Assembly (NCBI RefSeq): GCF_000142905.1
Contig: NW_013657675.1
Span: 124,001 to 188,000 of the forward strand
DNA from: Thecamonas trahens ATCC 50062
Taxonomy: Eukaryota > Protista > Apusomonadida
Direction: 5' to 3'
Length of the DNA stretch: 64,000 bases
Shown: positions 58,506-64,000 of the stretch, one piece after another
Layout of the letters: every line of letters starts with the position of its first letter
Numbering within the stretch: the stretch's first letter is position 1
Made by a program: the position numbers and the translations under genes
Notes under the pieces: model-generated
Databases searched by the model: none
The model's input: only the letters and a program-made list of their open reading frames with translations
What the model was told of the DNA's origin: nothing

Positions 58506-59780
58506 TCAATCGTGCGAAATGGCCTTGACGTCGGGCATGAGGCCCTGCCAAGCGTCGATGAGGTCCGACTCTGCAGCAATAAACGACTCGACGACGGCAA
58601 CGAGCGATGCACGAAAGTCGAGAATCTTTTCGCCCTCGAACCGGGCAAGCTCCTCGCGGACGACTTCGGTGATCTCCTCAAAGGCAACCTTGGACTCCGC
58701 CTCGTTAGTGATGGCAGCGTCGAGGTCGTCCTTGGCGGACGCAACCTTGTTGGCCTTCTTGGGGTTGGCCTTGACCTTAGCCAAGTTATCCTCCTTCTTG
58801 GCCAGGTCGCTCTTGGCCTTGGCCCACTCGCCAAAGACCTGGGCGCGGGCGGCGAGAGCGGCCTTGACCGCAGCGACGATGCGCTCGTACTCCTCGAGGT
58901 CGACGACGAGCTGGCTCAGCGCGCCCTCGGCTTGCTCCGAGTAGATGGTGTTGGAGGTGTCGGCGACGTCGGCGAGGCGGTTGAAGGCGCGCTCGAGGCC
59001 GGGGTTGGCCTCCGACTGGGCCACAGCGGTGGCACCAGCGGAGAACTCCGAGTGAGCCTCAGACATGGAGAGGCGGAGCTTGAGCAGCTGGTTAGCGCAC
59101 TTTGCGAGCTCGGAGAGCTGCTTGCCCCAGGCCTCGACCTCGTCCTTCTTCTCCGCAAACCAAGGGTCAGGCTCCTCGGCAGCGGTGATGACGTACGACG
59201 AGACCGAGCCGGCCACCTTGGACATCTTCTTGAGCAAGCCCGAGCCCCAAGACTTGTTCTGCCACGGAAGCTTGTCCTTGGACTGAAGGAAGAGGACCAG
59301 CGCCTTGGCCGAGTGCAGCAGCGGATGGCAGGCGCAGCGGTAGAGGAACTTCTCCAGCTCGTTCTTGCGTCGTGCCACAAAGGCCTCGTCGAACCGCGAC
59401 GTGGCATTCTTGACCGGGAGCGGCGGGACGACGGCGCCGGGGCACTCGCGAGCCAGCTCCTCGGCGAGCCAGCTAAAGTCCGAGTACCTACGGACCACCG
59501 TGTGCTCGCCGGCGGCAAAGCCCGGAAGCTCAGCCGTGGAGACCACATCGTATGCCGTGTACGACGACATGCCCGACCCCACCTTGGTCGCCTCACCCAT
59601 CGTCACCCTCAGGAACGGATGCTTGGCATACTCTTCCTCGCCACCATTGGCCCGTCCGCCGCCCGTCGACGACGCAGCAGCAGCAGACGCCCGTCCGCCA
59701 GGCGACTGCGACCGCGACCGCGACCGAGACCGCGACCGCGACGACACGGGCGACCGGGAGCGGGACCGAGAGTACGACAT
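58506..59780 (-). CDS. Sorting nexin, PX-BAR (SNX1/2, Vps5-like)
   Basis: V.RRYSDF.WL..L, VPPLP.K, F..RRK.LE.FL..HP.L..FL. BAR domain with D.WF and E..RF..EK..DF. Confidence 0.92.
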   Translation of the reverse strand: MSYSRSRSRSPVSSRSRSRSRSRSQSPGGRASAAAASSTGGGRANGGEEEYAKHPFLRVTMGEATKVGSGMSSYTAYDVVSTAELPGFAAGEHTVVRRYSDFSWLAEELARECPGAVVPPLPVKNATSRFDEAFVARRKNELEKFLYRCACHPLLHSAKALVLFLQSKDKLPWQNKSWGSGLLKKMSKVAGSVSSYVITAAEEPDPWFAEKKDEVEAWGKQLSELAKCANQLLKLRLSMSEAHSEFSAGATAVAQSEANPGLERAFNRLADVADTSNTIYSEQAEGALSQLVVDLEEYERIVAAVKAALAARAQVFGEWAKAKSDLAKKEDNLAKVKANPKKANKVASAKDDLDAAITNEAESKVAFEEITEVVREELARFEGEKILDFRASLVAVVESFIAAESDLIDAWQGLMPDVKAISHD

Positions 59781-60984
59781 GTAGGAGGCGAGGCTGTGTG
59801 TGCGTGTGTGTGTGTGTGTGGAGGGGGGGTGTCTGTCGTCGGTGACGTCGAGTAGTGACTTCCCCCCGCACCGGTCTCCACGCCACAACAACGGCACTTT
59901 GCTGGCCTGTGACCTGGCACTGACCGACCTCTGTCCGGCCATCGACCTGAGCGCGTGACCAACGGTTTCGCCCATCTCGGTGATCATGTGGGTGAAAATA
60001 TTTCGACCCGGGAAATCTCAAACACCCCCCCCTATCCCCCTCTTCCTCTCCCTCCNNNNNNNNNNNNNNNNNNNNNNNNNNNNNNNNNNNNNNNNNNNNN
60101 NNNNNNNNNNNNNNNNNNNNNNNNNNNNNNNNNNNNNNNNNNNNNNNNNNNNNNNNNNNNNNNNNNNNNNNNNNNNNNNNNNNNNNNNNNNNNNNNNNNN
60201 NNNNNNNNNNNNNNNNNNNNNNNNNNNNNNNNNNNNNNNNNNNNNNNNNNNNNNNNNNNNNNNNNNNNNNNNNNNNNNNNNNNNNNNNNNNNNNNNNNNN
60301 NNNNNNNNNNNNNNNNNNNNNNNNNNNNNNNNNNNNNNNNNNNNNNNNNNNNNNNNNNNNNNNNNNNNNNNNNNNNNNNNNNNNNNNNNNNNNNNNNNNN
60401 NNNNNNNNNNNNNNNNNNNNNNNNNNNNNNNNNNNNNNNNNNNNNNNNNNNNNNNNNNNNNNNNNNNNNNNNNNNNNNNNNNNNNNNNNNNNNNNNNNNN
60501 NNNNNNNNNNNNNNNNNNNNNNNNNNNNNNNNNNNNNNNNNNNNNNNNNNNNNNNNNNNNNNNNNNNNNNNNNNNNNNNNNNNNNNNNNNNNNNNNNNNN
60601 NNNNNNNNNNNNNNNNNNNNNNNNNNNNNNNNNNNNNNNNNNNNNNNNNNNNNNNNNNNNNNNNNNNNNNNNNNNNNNNNNNNNNNNNNNNNNNNNNNNN
60701 NNNNNNNNNNNNNNNNNNNNNNNNNNNNNNNNNNNNNNNNNNNNNNNNNNNNNNNNNNNNNNNNNNNNNNNNNNNNNNNNNNNNNNNNNNNNNNNNNNNN
60801 NNNNNNNNNNNNNNNNNNNNNNNNNNNNNNNNNNTCCCCCCCCCCCCCCCCCCCACCTACAGATCAATATGCAACCGTTTCGGTGGGCGGGGCGGGTGGG
60901 CGCGACGGGCCGAGGCCGCCGCGGACAGACAGACGGTTGTTCGCACGCGGGTGGGGAATACTCGACCGCGCGTAGACCCCGAGG

Positions 60985-63761
60985 ATGTTGCTTTCCCAAT
61001 TTGGGGCCTTCTTTCGGAGGACCAACCTGGCGGTGTCGTCGATCCTCGCCAAGCCCGAGTTCACCCTTGAGGAGCTCCTCGACGAGGAGAGCCTTGTGGA
61101 CGAGGTTCGCCAGCAGGATGGCGAGCTGGTCAATTTTTTGAAGTTGCCCTCGACGCTCCGCGCCCTCCTCACCTATGCGCTTGTACCGAACCCTGCTGCT
61201 GACGCTTCAGGAGATGCTGCGACCGCAAGTGCTCCGTCTGCTGTCCAAGTTGCGGAAGAATCCACGGACGCAGCCGCCACCACCGCCGACGACGGCGACG
61301 CCGACCCGACGACCGCCGATGCCGAGCCGCAGGCGTCGCCGAACTCGCCCGCCGCCGCCGCCTCGTACGCCAAGTACGCCCGCGTCTCCGGCGCCGTCCT
61401 CGCCACCGCAGGCTGGCCGGTCTACGAGGCCTTTACCGAGGACCACTTGCAGCTGCTGTTCTCGGCGCTCCCGGAAATTGTGGCCGGCGCCCTCGACGAG
61501 CGCTTCCCGGCGCCTGCCGACGATGCCGCTGCTGCTACTCCTGACGACGCGCCGGCCGCCGCCGACGACGGGCCCGACGCTCTCGCCGACGGGCCCGACG
61601 CTCTCGCCGACGACGGAGCCGCCGACGGAGATGCTGCCGCTGCCGCTGCCGCTTCTTCCGCTGCTGCCGACGCGCTTGCCAGCCCGACGTCCGACTCGAT
61701 GGACTCGATGTCCGAGTCGGACGCTGCCGACGAGGCAGCAGACGAGAACGCCCGGGTCCGCGCCGACCGCTTTGGCGCCGTGTTCAACCTTGTCATGCAG
61801 AACTGCGCGAGCGCGGCGTTTGCGGCCATGAAGGCTCAGCCCGCGGTGGTGGACGAGCTGATCAAGGGCATCGAGCTCGAGCCTATCTCCGAGCTCCTCC
61901 GGTCCTTGTTGAGTATGCGCACCGGCACGGCGAGCTTGGCTGGCTCGCCGAGCAGAACCTGGTCGGCAAGATTGTGGCCAAGTTTGACGCCAAGGCTGAG
62001 CCCGAGACGCAGGCTGTTGTCACCGCGACCTTTATGTCGCTTATCGACACGGTCGAGTCGCTGGAGATTGCGGCGTCGTCCATTGGGGCTTCCCTCACCG
62101 CCCCGCAGACGCTTTCGGCGCTGGTGACGTACGCCTCGACTCCCGAGACGCTTGCTTCGGGCTTTGACGCCCTCCTTCGAGTTCTTGCCCTTGCCGCCGA
62201 CGCGCAGGTGAAGAAGCACATGGCGCGCGGCGGCGGCGGCGACGACGTCGGCGTCGTTGGCGCCCATGGCTACCCGTTCCCGCCGGGCGTGTTTGCCTCG
62301 CTCGCCGCGGCCTCGGCGCCGCCGATGGACGACATGGCGGGCGCCATGGGTGGCATGGTCGACTCGCCGGTCCCGGTCGAGAAGAAGCTCGGGACACAGT
62401 GGAAGACATTGCGCGCAGCTTCGGCTCTCGGCGAGATCGAGGAGCTTGTGGCCATGGCTGTTCCGCTCGTCCCACTTCTTGTGGAGGACATTCGCCGCGC
62501 CACCTCGACCTCGGAGCCGCTGGAGACTGCGTACTCGGCCACGCTCCCGCGCCGCGTCACCCTCGAGGCCATGCACCGTATCTCGGTCTTGGTCACCCTT
62601 GTCCAGATCAACTCGCCCGCTATCGATCAGGCGCTTGTCGACCTTGACGTTGTCTCGCTCCTTCTCGACCTCTTTGTCGCCTCGCCCTCGAACAACGTCC
62701 TCCACACCGCCGTCACCAACTTTGTCCTCGGCATCCTCCGCAAGTATCCGGGCTCGTTCGCCCTCCCGGCCTCGGCCACCCACGCCGTCGACGTCGGCCG
62801 CAGTGGCGCCACCGTCGCCGACGCTACCGCTACGCTTGCGGCCGCTGAGGCCTACTCGGACGCCGCCGTCCCGGCCGTCGTCGCCGCCCTCCACGCTGCA
62901 CTCGGGCCCGACGGCGCTGACCTGCCCGGCAAGCTTCTCGCCAAGTCGGCGGAGAACGCCGAGGCTGTCGCCTCACCCAAGGGCTTCCGCCTCCCCTCGA
63001 TGGGCCACGTGTGCATTCTCGGCAACGCGCTCAACGCCTCGCCGTTCTTTGGCCCGCTCCTTGCCGACTCGGGCCCGTGGGCCGCCTTTGTCTCTGCAGA
63101 GCTCTCCACCTTTAACGAGCTCAACACCAAGCCCATGGGCGCCGAGCTCACCGGCCCGCTGGCCTCGGACCCGCGCTACCACATGGGCGGCTCCGACGGC
63201 TCGGGCGGCCCGGGTGACTTGGGCGGCAACGCAGGGAACGCCGGCTCGGGCGGAGGCTCAGGCGAGATGCTCACCTCCATCGAGGACCTGCAGAACATCC
63301 TCTCGCAGCTCCTCGGGCCGGGCGCCGACCAGGCTCTCGCCGGCTTTGGCCAGGGCTCGGCCACCTTTGATGATGATGACGACGACATTGCCTTTGGCGC
63401 CGCCGTCGACGACGACGATGGCGAGTACGACGACGGCAACCCGTTTGCCGACGGTGACTTTCAGTTTGGTCAGGTGAGCATTCCTGACGAGTTTGACCCG
63501 GCCGAGGCCGTCGCTGACTCGGCTTCGACCGGCATCGTCATCCAGGACGGCGTCTCGCTCTCGGACGAAGACGAGGTCCCCTCCAGCGAACACGACAACT
63601 TTGTCGACGATGACGCCGACGCCGCCGCCCTCCTCGAAGCCGACGACGATGTCTCGGACGATGACGACAATGCCACGCCTGCTGCCGACGCCGACGCCGC
63701 GCCTGCCGCCAACGCCAGCGCTGAGGATGCCGTGGCCGATGGCGAGGCGTCACAGGCTTAG
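60985..63761 (+). CDS. SAPS-domain PP6 regulatory subunit (Sit4-associated); apparent 1-nt frameshift near 61901
   Basis: TLEELLDEE.L..E, WL.EQNL..KI (second frame), LDLF....NN.LH, R...MGH...I.N, W..FV...L..N, acidic tail. Confidence 0.85.
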
Positions 63762-63889
63762 ACGAGCCCAAGCACAGTCCTCGAACCACCATCGATCCCC
63801 TATCGATTATCTACAACGTTGCCGCAGTACTGTAACACGCCCCCCCCCCTCCCTCCGTCCCCGACCCATACTCCTCCCCACACTAACTC

Positions 63890-64000
63890 ATGCTTCGCAA
63901 CCTCGTCCCGCGTCTCGCCACTACCGCCGCTACCGCGTCAAGGACCGCAGCAGCTGCCACAGCCCGTCAGGCCTCGTCGACGCCGGCTGACAGCGACCCG
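63890..64000 (+). CDS. 5' end of a gene with a mitochondrial presequence; partial
   Basis: MLRNLVPRLATTAATASRTAAAATARQASSTPADSDP is open to the window end and is Arg/Ala/Thr-rich with no early acidic residues. Confidence 0.6.
   Translation, partial: MLRNLVPRLATTAATASRTAAAATARQASSTPADSDP

Noticed and set aside
61895-61915. Programmed frameshifting in SAPS (also in the RING gene near 13860 and ZNF207 near 53845)
   Set aside because: Each break is fixed by adding one base to a homopolymer (GG>GGG, A>AA, G6>G7) and has no convincing slippery-site context. Sequencing undercalls are more likely; raw reads would settle it.

Overview
GC-rich, gene-dense, intron-poor eukaryotic nuclear DNA from a flagellated protist (NPHP4 present). 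The style resembles an apusomonad such as Thecamonas, but this is inference only. About 32 protein-coding genes can be supported, mostly conserved eukaryotic housekeeping genes: TatD, Spt7, clathrin heavy chain, OLA1, PPIL3, METTL25-like, PLB1-like, GPD1, Mpo1, USP9/24/34-like, NPHP4, BUD23, SMPD4, ZNF207, DPH4, EPHX, SNX and SAPS. Ten short GT-AG introns were reconstructed by hand, all near gene 5' ends. The main findings are: (1) a FrnE/DsbA-family selenoprotein hidden from the ORF track, with in-frame UGA in a U-P-W-C active site and a candidate CUGA-core type II SECIS in its 3' UTR; (2) a USP7-derived MATH+UBL protein that lacks the deubiquitinase domain and carries a C-terminal RING; (3) a Maf-HRI1-like fusion; (4) GPD1 ending in a PTS1-like SRM; (5) a multi-SIM RING-H2 (STUbL-like) gene; (6) two decayed piggyBac transposase relics. 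Three single-base frameshifts and one gap with duplicated flanks look like assembly errors. All family calls come from motif recognition by eye; no searches were run.
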